The notes under the pieces were generated by a model. It made no database searches, was not told the origin of the DNA, and saw only the letters and a list, made by a program, of their open reading frames with translations. DNA of 64,000 nucleotides, taken from contig CAIWXQ010000044.1 in assembly GCA_903916675.1 (NCBI GenBank), forward strand, positions 1,165 through 65,164, read 5' to 3'. This stretch comes from an uncultured bacterium (GTDB lineage: Bacteria > Verrucomicrobiota > Kiritimatiellia > RFP12 > CAIWXQ01). Shown here in pieces: positions 10,090-19,424 of this stretch; the stretch's first letter is position 1; every line of letters begins with the position of its first letter. A program made the position numbers and the translations under genes.

Positions 10090-10274
10090 ACACGCCACCG
10101 ACCGGCCGCACCCATTCAAACCCCATAGCCACTTCCGACGCGGCTCCGTCCAACGGCATTTTATCCCCCCGTGCAGCCGCCACAGGTTCCACCTCTTCCC
10201 CGGCTAGGCGCAGCGTGCTATGCTACTCCGCACGAGGGATAAAACGCTATTCGTTCGGTGAAAAGAAAATCGAA

Positions 10275-10697
10275 ATGAGAAATGCCACCATAGTCATATG
10301 TCTCTTGGCAGGATCAATATGCCTAGCTGACGACCCCATTTCCAACCTGACACAGAAGCTAAATGCGGAGGTAGGAGGACTGTGGGTGAATGGCATCCAA
10401 CCCAGTTTTGCCGTGCCATCCAATGCGACTCCAACTCAAGTGATTATGGCTGCTGCTCAGGCGTGGCGCATAAACAGCAAGACAAATGACGTATTTCGAA
10501 TACTGGAAATACGGACGGTGACTTTGCCAAGCGGTTTTCAAGCACACTGGATGGCAGCGTTAATCGAATGCTCCTCCGGTCGGAAGATTCTGTTGTTCTG
10601 CCCTGAAGGCAACGATCACTGGTGGACCCGATTCTACGAAGCAAACGAAAACACACCGAACCAAGCGATGCACCAGCGGTCAGATGAAGGCAAGTAG
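10275..10697 (+). CDS. Hypothetical small secreted protein (lower-G+C islet)
   Basis: An internal ATG at 10275 gives MRNATIVICLLAGSICLADD, a signal peptide. 140 aa, no recognised motif. Its composition differs visibly from the flanks. Confidence 0.5.
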   Translation: MRNATIVICLLAGSICLADDPISNLTQKLNAEVGGLWVNGIQPSFAVPSNATPTQVIMAAAQAWRINSKTNDVFRILEIRTVTLPSGFQAHWMAALIECSSGRKILLFCPEGNDHWWTRFYEANENTPNQAMHQRSDEGK

Positions 10698-10750
10698 GTG
10701 CCCTTGGATGTGTGGCTGCTGGTGATCGCTGACGTTCGACTCAACAAAAG

Positions 10751-12349
10751 ATGAAAAAAACAATAGGCGCGGTACTCCTTGGCATGGCGGCCGTCTTTCA
10801 CGCGGCTGGCAGCGACTCGCCTCGGCCCGGCGACGTGGTATTCGAAACGCATTTCGATACCCCGACAGAGCAGAACGCGTGGGCACAGGCTGACTTTTCT
10901 AAATGGGACAAGGGATATCAGGGAACAACCGCACTTTGCATATCCGTGTCTTCCGATCAATCCGCGGGCAGTCACATGATTCGCCTGCCGCTTGATTTGA
11001 CCCGCTACCGCGGCTGCCAACTCCTGTTCGAATGCATGGCCAAAGCTGACAACGTAAGCAAGCCTCCGGCACCCTATCTCGGCGTCAAGTTCATGCTGCA
11101 CTACCAGTCGAAGGAGTCGGGTCCCTTCTGGCAGAACGAGAACGATGTGTTTGGCACATTCGACTGGCGCAAACTCCAGTTCGGCAAGCGGATTGCCCCC
11201 GATGCCAGCGATGGCGAGATTGACCTCGGCCTACAGGACAGCGTCGGTACGGTCTGGTTTGACGCCGTCAGGATCACGGTCGTCAAAGGGCCGCTGCCGA
11301 GCCGCCCCAAGCCGCAAACAAACCCGCCGCCGCCCTTCCGGGGCCACGACCTACCCCGCCTTCGCGGCGTGATGTCGCCGAACGTGTTTCGTGACGATGA
11401 CATGCGGGTGCTCGGCACGGAATGGCACGCCAATGTCGTACGCTGGCAAATTACGCGCAACTGGAGCCGCCCCGGCACAGACCGTGATCTGGCTGAATAT
11501 GACCGCTGGCTGGATGGCCGACTCGACGAGTTGGACAAGGCGTTGGAGTCCTGTCGTCGGTACGGAATCAAGGTGGTCGTGGATCTGCACTCGCCGCCGG
11601 GAGGGCGTTACCCGAACAACGACCTTGCCATCTTCAACGAAGTCAAGTACCAGGACCATTATGTGGCGTTGTGGGAGAAGATCGCACGACGCTATACAAG
11701 CGAACCGGCCATCTGGGGGTACGATCTGATCAATGAACCAGTACAGAATACGCCGCCACCACCGGGCGGGGTCGATTATCTCGGCGTGCAGGTACGCGCC
11801 GCAAAGGCCATCCGCGCGATTGACCCAAAGATGCCCCTATTCATCGAGGCTGCCGAGTGGGATTCAGCTGAAGGATATCGCGAACTCGAACCTGTTGATA
11901 TACCGAACGTGGTTTATCAGGTCCACATGTACGTTCCCGGCGGTTTCACCCATCAGGGGGTTCACGGCAAGTGGACCCCCATGGCGTATCCGGGCAAGAT
12001 CGGCAACACCGTGTGGGACAAGGAGCAGCTTCGCAAGGCACTCCAGCCGGTGCGCGAATTTCAACTCGCGTACCATGTGCACATTTATGTCGGGGAATTC
12101 AGCGCGACCCGCTGGGCGCCGGGTGCGGCCAACTACCTGCGTGACTGCATCGAGCTGTTCGAGGAATACGGATGGGATTGGACCTACCATGCTTATCGCG
12201 AGTGGGATGGCTGGAGCGTCGAGCACGGAAGCAATCCGCAGGACCACAAGCAGAGCCAGAAACCGACCGACCGCATGAAGCTCTTGTTGGACTGGTTTGG
12301 GAAAAACGTTCAGCCGGGGCGCGGGACGGCAACAGGAACGAGTCAATAG
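10751..12349 (+). CDS. Secreted glycoside hydrolase family 5 (cellulase-like) with N-terminal beta-sandwich/CBM-like module
   Basis: Signal peptide MKKTIGAVLLGMAAVFHA. Clan GH-A catalytic motifs DLINEP (acid/base) and YVGEFS (nucleophile) at the expected spacing. A Pro-rich linker lies between the modules. Confidence 0.8.
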   Translation: MKKTIGAVLLGMAAVFHAAGSDSPRPGDVVFETHFDTPTEQNAWAQADFSKWDKGYQGTTALCISVSSDQSAGSHMIRLPLDLTRYRGCQLLFECMAKADNVSKPPAPYLGVKFMLHYQSKESGPFWQNENDVFGTFDWRKLQFGKRIAPDASDGEIDLGLQDSVGTVWFDAVRITVVKGPLPSRPKPQTNPPPPFRGHDLPRLRGVMSPNVFRDDDMRVLGTEWHANVVRWQITRNWSRPGTDRDLAEYDRWLDGRLDELDKALESCRRYGIKVVVDLHSPPGGRYPNNDLAIFNEVKYQDHYVALWEKIARRYTSEPAIWGYDLINEPVQNTPPPPGGVDYLGVQVRAAKAIRAIDPKMPLFIEAAEWDSAEGYRELEPVDIPNVVYQVHMYVPGGFTHQGVHGKWTPMAYPGKIGNTVWDKEQLRKALQPVREFQLAYHVHIYVGEFSATRWAPGAANYLRDCIELFEEYGWDWTYHAYREWDGWSVEHGSNPQDHKQSQKPTDRMKLLLDWFGKNVQPGRGTATGTSQ

Positions 12350-12427
12350 TTCAGGCGAATCAACGCCTCGAACGCCACAGCGCTACGTTCCGCACAATAA
12401 CAAACCATACTGAAGGAGGTAGCCACC

Positions 12428-12799
12428 ATGATCGCGCAGAAACTGCAGGAAATCATGAGGAAAGATGGAGTTGTTGCCATTGCCACACTGGGACCTGATG
12501 GCCCCCACATGGTCAATACATGGAACAGCTACCTCAGGATCTCGCAAGATGAACGGCTGTTCATCCCCGCCGGATATATGCACATAACGGAGGCCAACAT
12601 TGCCCACAATCCGGATGTTTTGATTACATTGGGGAGCAGCAAAGTGGCGGGACTGCATGGGATGGGTGCCGGGTTCTTGATCAAGGGGAAGGCGAGGTTC
12701 GTGACAATTGGCCCTGATTTTGATTTCATGAAAGAGAAGTTCAGCTGGCTACGTGCGACCCTGGCGGTCACAATCGAAACTGCCACTCAAACCTGGTGA
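12428..12799 (+). CDS. Pyridoxamine 5'-phosphate oxidase-like FMN-binding split-barrel family protein
   Basis: 123-aa ORF with GGAGG 7 nt upstream of the ATG. The sequence pattern (VAIATLGPDGPHMVNTW..., ...KGKARF) resembles small PNPOx-like proteins. Family call is by eye only. Confidence 0.55.
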   Translation: MIAQKLQEIMRKDGVVAIATLGPDGPHMVNTWNSYLRISQDERLFIPAGYMHITEANIAHNPDVLITLGSSKVAGLHGMGAGFLIKGKARFVTIGPDFDFMKEKFSWLRATLAVTIETATQTW

Positions 12800-12917
12800 G
12801 GCGCAATTGGTATTGCCGAACCATGGCCTGCTGCCTTTCCGCCACGCACGGCTCAAGCAGAGACCTGCCGCTCTCCGGAGTGAATTGCCAAAATCCAGGA
12901 TATGTCCGGCATCTCCC

Positions 12918-15900
12918 CTACACCACAAAGCCCTTCTCCCGCAGCGTGTGATCGAGGGCCAGGGTGAGTTCGCCGATGATGGAGGTGCCCTTCTCTGGGT
13001 GCTCGATCCAGATCTGCAGGTCCAGGGTAACCTGCGTGGCAGTAGCGCCGCGCACTTCCAGCGTGGGCGCGGGCACCTTGAGGACCAGCGGGTGACGGCC
13101 GGCCTCCGCCTTCGCCATCTCGGACACAGCTGTCAGGTCCGCCTTTCGCACGACGATCAGCGGGACGTGCAGGCGAATGCGGCGCGTGGGGATGGTCCAG
13201 TTGACGATGTTGGATGTGATAAAGGAGCCGTTCGGCACCAGCACGGAAATTTCGTCGTCCGTCTGCAGCGTCGTGTTGCGCATGCCGATCTCCCGCACTG
13301 TGCCGCGGATGGGCGGAGAGCCGACTTCGATGTAGTCGCCGACGCGGATCGAGCGGCTGAAGTGGATCAGGAGGCTGCTGACCAAGTTGTTGATTACATT
13401 CTGTAGCCCAAAGCCGATGCCGATCGTGATGGCACCGGCCAGCAAGGCCAGGTTCTGCAGCGAGGATCCGGCCACGTTCAGGGCGACCAGAAAGCCGAGG
13501 GCGATCACGAGGTGGCCAAAGACGTTGGCAAACGTGTGTCGCGTAGCTTCGTCCATCGGCGTGCGCGACAGCACGCGCTGGTGCATCACGCCCTTGGCGT
13601 GGCGCGCCACCCAGAACGACACCACGAAGATCAGCAGACCGCGCACCAGACTCCCCACCGTCATGCTCGCTCCCAGGTGCGCATGCCAGACGCCCGCAAC
13701 CGTATGCAGCGCCCGCCCTGTGGCCTGCACCATCTCCGGAAGCGGCGGCGGCGCATTGCTCGCCAGCACGGCGCGGTTCAGCAGCAGCCACCAGATGCAG
13801 ACCACGCCGATGGCCGACACCAGCAGCACGAGCACCTGCGCGATACGGACCAGCGCCCAGACCACATTGGAAGTCGCCACCGCATGCCGCATGGTGCGGC
13901 CCAGTAGTGCAGCAAGGGCCATCGGCACCACCAGCGAGACAACCGTGCCTTCCGCCGTGTGCAGCACGGAACGACCGAGGCTGTCGAGCCGGGCCAGATA
14001 CGTCAGGACCACCAGCGCAGCCACCACCACGCAAACGAGGGTTGTCACGTTTCCCGACACCCGCAACACCGCGTTCTTGGAGTGCCCGTTCAGGAAGCGT
14101 CCCATGAGCGCCGGGTGCATCGCCAGGCAGAACACCGCAAGGCATACGCCGAACAGCCACCCGCGCTCCAGCACCGCCCGGATGTCGCCGCTGTTGGCCA
14201 TGCCGACGGCGACCTGGTCAAACGGCCAGAGCAGGGCTGTCCAGAGCAGAATCGCGTCTGCGGCGCGCAGCAGCGCGCCACCCATGGTGGCGAAGGACGG
14301 CATCTCGTGCTTTGGCGTGCAGACCAGCAGAAGGTTGCGGACCAGAACCCAGATTGTGATCGCGGGCAGGAACCAGCCGAGCCACGTCAGGGGCAGTCCG
14401 CCGTTCTGACCCGCCCTCCCCGCCAGCATGGCGGCGACTACCAGGGGAGGCAGATAGGCTGTCAACTCCCGCGCCAACCGGCGCAGGCGGTCATTCCCCT
14501 TGATGGCGCGTGACGCCAACCAGCCCGCCACGCCAATTGCCAGGATCAGGACCGCGCCCAGCAGGATGCGATGCGCGCCCGGAACTCCCGGCACGCCGGG
14601 CACCCCGCGACGCCAGCAAACCCAGGTAAAGCTAGCGTTTTCGGCAACGGACCAGACCATGGCCAGCGTCTCACGAAAGGTGACGGCATTCAGGCGCGGA
14701 TCGTGCTGCAGCCACAACTGGCGGCCAGCCAGTTGTTCCAGCGTTTCGATCGCTGCATGCGTGTTCGCCAGCCAGCGCGCGGAAATCGCCTTGCGCGTGC
14801 GCAACAGCTCGCGCTGAGCGATCCGCGCCACGAGTTCGCCGCCCACCTCGCGCCGCTGCTCCCGCCACGCGCGCGGTAGGGAAGAGTCATCCGGGATGCG
14901 ATGGTCGGCCAGATCGCTCAACAGATCGGCGACCAGCGCGATGGCGGGCGGGTGGCTGGGATCATACGAGGCCAGCAGCGCGGTCCAAGTCGCGGCAAAT
15001 TCTGGCACGCGCGCCGGGTCGAGCCCCAGTTCGTGCCGGGCAGCCTCGATCTGGGCGTCGAGTTTCTGCAGTTGCAGCTCCAGCGTATTGGCATACTGCT
15101 CCGAGGTGACGAGCGTGGCGCGCAGCTGCTCCTCTTCCTGGGTGAGATCCGTCAGGCTGCGGTCTTCCGCCAGGCCGCGGGCCCGGTCGCCCAGTTCATG
15201 CGCAAATGCCACACCGGCCCGCTGGAGGGCGACGAGTTCCTTCCAGCAGTCGGTCTCCGCCTCCCACCGATTCTTGCGCGCCTGAGCCTGGGCGTAGACG
15301 GCGCGGGCCTTCTCCTCCTCGGCGGCGGCGCGGGCCTCGCCAATGGCGTGCTGCGCCTCGTCGGTCTCGGTTACGGCGGCGGCAAGGTTGGCGGCGGCGC
15401 GCTGCTGCGTGCGGGTCAGCGCCGTGCGAAGCTGCATCAGTTGGCCGTCGCAATGCTCTGCTGTGGCCTGCAACTCGGCCGCGCGCTGCACATCCGCCTT
15501 GCGTTCCAACGCCTCGGCAAAGCGGCAGCTGATCAGGTAGTCCGAACGGGCAAACGCCAGATTGCGCCGGGCGCGCAGGTCAAGGACACGGTTCTGCCGG
15601 AAGATCTCTTCCTGCTGGCTGATCAGGCGGCGCAGCTGCGCACATTCGTTGGTGCGCGCCGTCTGCAGCTCGGCCACATCGCAGGGCTCCAGTGCCGCCA
15701 GCCGCCGGCGCAGCATGTCCCGTCTGGCAAGGGCGGCCTCACGCCGGGCGGCGAACTTCCGGATCTGTGTGAGCTGCGTCTCCATCTCCTTCTCGGCGGC
15801 CTCAACGCGCTTGACGCGATCCGCGATCTCGGCTGCCCCGGCCAGCATGACCTTCAAATCCATGCGCTGGACCAGCTCCAGCGTGGCCACGCGCTTTTGC

Positions 15901-16307
15901 CAGAGATCGCGCTCGCGGTCGGATTCCTCGACCTGATGCTGCAGCAGTGACAGCGCCCCCTCGTCCGCGTCCAGCGCCGCCTGACGGGCTGACAGCCTGG
16001 CGCGGATCACCTGCAGAGCGGCAGTATCGTCCTTGGCCAGCACAACCAGCAGCTGTTCCTGCAGGGCGGCGATTTCTTTCCGGTCCGCAGCCGTTGCGCT
16101 CTCGAGTCCGGCACTCTGGCTTTTTGCGTCGGCCTTGACCTGATCCGCCGCTGTGGTTGTGGCGCGCAACTGGGTGACGGCCAGCAGGTGTTCGGCCGCC
16201 TGAATGGCGTCGGGCGATGCAATTGCCACGCCGTGGGGCACGCTGGCCAGCAGCAACGCGCCGGTGACGATTGCCAGCCAACGGCCAGGAGAAAATATCG
16301 TATTCAT
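12918..16307 (-). CDS. Mechanosensitive channel, MscK/KefA-like (large coiled-coil periplasmic domain + multi-TM + MscS core)
   Basis: The C-terminus carries an MscS core (GFGLQNVINNLVSSLLIHFSRSIRVGDYIEVG...GTVREIGMRNTTLQTDD...VLVPNGSFITSNIVNWT). Many hydrophobic segments lie in the middle. The N-terminal region of about 480 aa is Ala/Glu/Arg/Leu-rich and follows a signal peptide (start set at MNTIFSPGRW). Confidence 0.85.
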   Translation of the reverse strand: MNTIFSPGRWLAIVTGALLLASVPHGVAIASPDAIQAAEHLLAVTQLRATTTAADQVKADAKSQSAGLESATAADRKEIAALQEQLLVVLAKDDTAALQVIRARLSARQAALDADEGALSLLQHQVEESDRERDLWQKRVATLELVQRMDLKVMLAGAAEIADRVKRVEAAEKEMETQLTQIRKFAARREAALARRDMLRRRLAALEPCDVAELQTARTNECAQLRRLISQQEEIFRQNRVLDLRARRNLAFARSDYLISCRFAEALERKADVQRAAELQATAEHCDGQLMQLRTALTRTQQRAAANLAAAVTETDEAQHAIGEARAAAEEEKARAVYAQAQARKNRWEAETDCWKELVALQRAGVAFAHELGDRARGLAEDRSLTDLTQEEEQLRATLVTSEQYANTLELQLQKLDAQIEAARHELGLDPARVPEFAATWTALLASYDPSHPPAIALVADLLSDLADHRIPDDSSLPRAWREQRREVGGELVARIAQRELLRTRKAISARWLANTHAAIETLEQLAGRQLWLQHDPRLNAVTFRETLAMVWSVAENASFTWVCWRRGVPGVPGVPGAHRILLGAVLILAIGVAGWLASRAIKGNDRLRRLARELTAYLPPLVVAAMLAGRAGQNGGLPLTWLGWFLPAITIWVLVRNLLLVCTPKHEMPSFATMGGALLRAADAILLWTALLWPFDQVAVGMANSGDIRAVLERGWLFGVCLAVFCLAMHPALMGRFLNGHSKNAVLRVSGNVTTLVCVVVAALVVLTYLARLDSLGRSVLHTAEGTVVSLVVPMALAALLGRTMRHAVATSNVVWALVRIAQVLVLLVSAIGVVCIWWLLLNRAVLASNAPPPLPEMVQATGRALHTVAGVWHAHLGASMTVGSLVRGLLIFVVSFWVARHAKGVMHQRVLSRTPMDEATRHTFANVFGHLVIALGFLVALNVAGSSLQNLALLAGAITIGIGFGLQNVINNLVSSLLIHFSRSIRVGDYIEVGSPPIRGTVREIGMRNTTLQTDDEISVLVPNGSFITSNIVNWTIPTRRIRLHVPLIVVRKADLTAVSEMAKAEAGRHPLVLKVPAPTLEVRGATATQVTLDLQIWIEHPEKGTSIIGELTLALDHTLREKGFVV

Positions 16308-16385
16308 AAACACCTCCCTGTGCGCGCCACACCGCGTTACACGCATGCGGCAGAGGCACGGAATAGCGCAAAAATAACACAGGTG

Positions 16386-17168
16386 TCAGACCTTCACAAC
16401 CATTCCATCGCATGCAACGCGGATGCCGGGCGGCAGCTCGCTCTCCAGTCGGGCATGCTCCAAGTCGTGGCAGAGATGAATCAGGTAGGAGCGTCCCGCG
16501 CCAATGGCCTGCAGGAGTGCCAGGCTTTCGGCCACGCACAGATGACTTGGGTGCGAACGGTAGCGCAGGGTGTCGAGCACCATGACCTGCACACCGCGCA
16601 CGGCGGCAAGGGTTGCCTCCGGCATGCGGTGGCAGTCCGGGAAATATCCCACGCGCCAGCCACGCCAACTTAGCAGAAATCCGACGGTGTGCTCGGTGCC
16701 ATGCTCCACGGGCAGCGCGGCAATTTCGACATCGCCTACGCGAAAGGGTCCTTCCACCAGGCGGAAGTCCACCTGCGGCCGGTAGAGCCCGGGCTGCACC
16801 GGTCGGCCGATGTAGGAGAAGACGCGGCGCAATTCGGCCAAAGTTTCCGACATGGCATACACGGGGATCACGGCGGACTGGAGAGTGTTGAAACGGCGAA
16901 TGTCGTCCAACCCGAGTATGTGATCCGCATGCGCATGGGTGTAGAGGACGGCATCCACCTGCCGCAAACCGCAGGCCAGCGCCTGCTCGCGAAAGTCTGG
17001 CGAGGTGTCGATCACGAAACGTGTCTCGCCGGCTTCGACGTACACACTCGACCGACGCCGGCGGTTGCGCGGATCCGTGGACGTGCAGACTGCGCAGTCG
17101 CAGCCGATCATCGGGACCCCCAGCGAGGTGCCCGTGCCAAGGAACGTAAATTGGAAAACATCATTCAT
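16386..17168 (-). CDS. MBL-fold metallo-hydrolase (PhnP-like)
   Basis: FTFLGTGTSLGVP N-terminus, a CxxC insert, the HAHADH metal motif, and C-terminal His/Asp ligands. Confidence 0.75.
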   Translation of the reverse strand: MNDVFQFTFLGTGTSLGVPMIGCDCAVCTSTDPRNRRRRSSVYVEAGETRFVIDTSPDFREQALACGLRQVDAVLYTHAHADHILGLDDIRRFNTLQSAVIPVYAMSETLAELRRVFSYIGRPVQPGLYRPQVDFRLVEGPFRVGDVEIAALPVEHGTEHTVGFLLSWRGWRVGYFPDCHRMPEATLAAVRGVQVMVLDTLRYRSHPSHLCVAESLALLQAIGAGRSYLIHLCHDLEHARLESELPPGIRVACDGMVVKV

Positions 17169-17229
17169 GCCAAAAATCCGTTCGGTCCCGTGGCTGTTGA
17201 TTGTGGCCACCTGTCGCACACGGCCAGGC

Positions 17230-18336
17230 TCAGCAGATCAGCATGCAATCTCCATAGGAAAAGAATCGGTAGCGCTGGGCAACCGCCTCGCGGTATGCGG
17301 CGAGCACACGCTCGCGGCCGGCAAAGGCGGCGACCATGGCCAGCAGGGTTGAGCATGGCAGATGAAAATTGGTCAGCAGCACATCCACGGCGCGGAACGC
17401 GAACGGTGGGCGGATGAAAATCTCCGTGCGCCCACTTGTGGCCACGATCCGGCCATCGTGGGCCGCGGCTACGGTTTCCAGCGTGCGGACCGAGGTACTG
17501 CCGACGGCAACTACGCGGCCTCCACGCGACCGGCAGGCGGCCATTGCGGCTGCGGTTGGCTCAGGAACGGAGTAGCGCTCGGACTCCATGCGGTGTTCGT
17601 CCAGTTCCTCGGTCTGAACCGGCTGGAAGGTGCCGGGACCGACATGGAGGGTCACAAAGGCGTGTGCGATACCCTGCGTAGCAAGGGTGACGAGAAGTTC
17701 CGGTGTGAAATGCAGGCCAGCCGTGGGCGCGGCCACAGCGCCGCGTTCGCGGGCGTAGACGGTCTGATAGCGTTCGCGGTCCAGCGCGCCGCGGGCATCG
17801 TCGTTCGCACGCCGGACGTAAGGCGGCACAGGCATGCGGCCGTGTGCCTCCAGAACGACGGTCAGCGGGCGATTCGCACACAGCCGGACCGTCACTCGTC
17901 CCCCGCCCTGCGCGTCCAAAATCTCGGCCGACACATGGCCCTCGGCCAGCATTGCCCGCTGGTCAGGGCGCGGGCGGCGACCGCTACCGCAGAGGCAAAG
18001 CCAGGTCTCGGAGAAAATGCCCCCGTCCGCCTTGTCCAACGGGGATGACGTGTCCGGCACCCCCACCCGCTCCAGCAGCAGCAGTTCAACCGCGCCACCG
18101 GTGTCGGACCAAGCGCCCAGAAGCCGCGCCGGAAAGACACGGGTGTCGTTGAGAACGAGCAGATCGCCGGCGCACAGATACTGCGGAAGATCGGCGACGG
18201 TGCGATGTTCCCACGAGCCGCTGGCGCGGTCCAGCACCAGCATGCGCGCCGCAGTTCGCACGGCTGGCGGCTCCTGCGCGATCAGATCCGGCGGGAGTTC
18301 GTAGTCAAAATCAGAGGTGCGCATGGGAAAAGTCAT
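17230..18336 (-). CDS. queA: S-adenosylmethionine:tRNA ribosyltransferase-isomerase QueA
   Basis: The N-terminus (MTFP)MRTSDFDYELPPDLIAQEP is typical of QueA. The alternative ATG at 18324 is equally plausible. Confidence 0.9.
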   Translation of the reverse strand: MTFPMRTSDFDYELPPDLIAQEPPAVRTAARMLVLDRASGSWEHRTVADLPQYLCAGDLLVLNDTRVFPARLLGAWSDTGGAVELLLLERVGVPDTSSPLDKADGGIFSETWLCLCGSGRRPRPDQRAMLAEGHVSAEILDAQGGGRVTVRLCANRPLTVVLEAHGRMPVPPYVRRANDDARGALDRERYQTVYARERGAVAAPTAGLHFTPELLVTLATQGIAHAFVTLHVGPGTFQPVQTEELDEHRMESERYSVPEPTAAAMAACRSRGGRVVAVGSTSVRTLETVAAAHDGRIVATSGRTEIFIRPPFAFRAVDVLLTNFHLPCSTLLAMVAAFAGRERVLAAYREAVAQRYRFFSYGDCMLIC

Positions 18337-18360
18337 TGGTCAGCGGTCATTGGGGAGAAA

Positions 18361-18449
18361 ACCGTGGAATATCGAATACTGAATCATGAAGAAATTAGAC
18401 ACGGGATTGACTTCCTGATTCTGCGGTTCACTATTCGATATTCCGCGGT
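18361..18449. repeat. GAA-phased heptad hairpin element (family copy; terminator-like after trxB)
   Basis: Left arm ACCGTGGAATATCGAATACTGAATCATGAAG. The reverse complement of the right arm is ACCGCGGAATATCGAATAGTGAACCGCAGAATCAGGAAG. On the minus-strand transcript the hairpin is followed by TTTTCT. Confidence 0.75.
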
Positions 18450-18472
18450 TTCCCATGCCCTGTCGCCATGGT

Positions 18473-19393
18473 TCAGTTCCGTTCCGAAAGAAACCGCAGG
18501 GCCTCCAGGGCGGCCATGCAGCCGGTACCGGCCGCGGTGACAGCCTGGCGGTAGGTGCGGTCCTGCACGTCGCCAGCGGCGAAAACGCCGGGGATGTTGG
18601 TGCGCGTGCGGTCCGCGACGATGTAGCCGTCCCCGTCCAGAGTGAGCTGGCCGCGAAACGGTGCCGTGTTGGGCGTGTGGCCGATGGCAACGAACAGGGC
18701 GTCCACAGAAACCACGGTCAACGCGCCGGTGACCGAGTTCTTCAGGCGCACGCCGGTGACGGTCTTCTGCGACACGTCCAGAACCTCCGCCACCACAGAG
18801 TTCCATGCCACCGCGATCTTCTCATTTTTCAGCAGGCGGTCAGCCATGATCGGGGAGGCGCGGAACTTGTCGCGCCGGTGGATGATCGTTACGTGCGAGG
18901 CCAGGCGCGCGAGGTAGAGCGCGTCCTCCATGGCGGTGTCGCCGCCGCCGACCACGGCCACGCGCTTGCCCCGGTAGAAGGCGCCGTCGCAGGTGGCGCA
19001 CCCGGAGACGCCGTGCCCCTTGAGCTGCTCCTCCGACGGCAGGCCGAGGTAGCGCGCGCTGGCGCCGGTGGCGATAATCACGACGCGCGCCTCCAGGGTC
19101 CCCTGCGCGGCGAGCTGCAGGCGCTTGGGGTCAACGGCCAGGTCGCAGCCGACCAGTTCGTCCATCTGCAACCGCACGCCCATGCGCTCCGCCTGCTGGC
19201 GCATGGCCATCATCAGGTCGAACCCGCCGATCGGGCCGGCAAAACCGGGAAAGTTCTCGATGTCCGTGGTCTGCGTGAGCTGACCACCGGGCTGCGGCCC
19301 CTCGATCAGGAGCGGATTCAGATTGGCGCGCGCCGAATAGATGGCGGCCGTGAGGCCGGCCGGGCCGCTGCCGATGATGACGACGTTCTCCAC
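18473..19393 (-). CDS. trxB: Thioredoxin-disulfide reductase
   Basis: GSGPAG FAD motif, redox-active CATCDG, and GGGDTAMEDA NADPH motif. GTG start. Confidence 0.93.
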   Translation of the reverse strand: MENVVIIGSGPAGLTAAIYSARANLNPLLIEGPQPGGQLTQTTDIENFPGFAGPIGGFDLMMAMRQQAERMGVRLQMDELVGCDLAVDPKRLQLAAQGTLEARVVIIATGASARYLGLPSEEQLKGHGVSGCATCDGAFYRGKRVAVVGGGDTAMEDALYLARLASHVTIIHRRDKFRASPIMADRLLKNEKIAVAWNSVVAEVLDVSQKTVTGVRLKNSVTGALTVVSVDALFVAIGHTPNTAPFRGQLTLDGDGYIVADRTRTNIPGVFAAGDVQDRTYRQAVTAAGTGCMAALEALRFLSERN

Positions 19394-19424
19394 GTGAGGT
19401 CCTTCCCATGTGCCGGGGCGGTGG

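Larger units (their letters stand above)
7957..10250 (+). mobile_element. IS91-family insertion sequence with upstream tyrosine recombinase (boundaries approximate)
   Basis: Recombinase and Y2 rolling-circle transposase genes abut (TAG ATG at 8929-8934). Hairpins lie at both extremities. G+C drops right after about 10250. A GTTC tetranucleotide sits at 10253-10256. Confidence 0.7.

Noticed and set aside
12853-14409. ORFs of 435 aa (minus, other frame) and 340 aa (plus) within the MscK-like gene.
   Set aside because: They overlap the clearly conserved MscS core frame, and their low-complexity Arg/Pro/Ala composition points to shadow ORFs.
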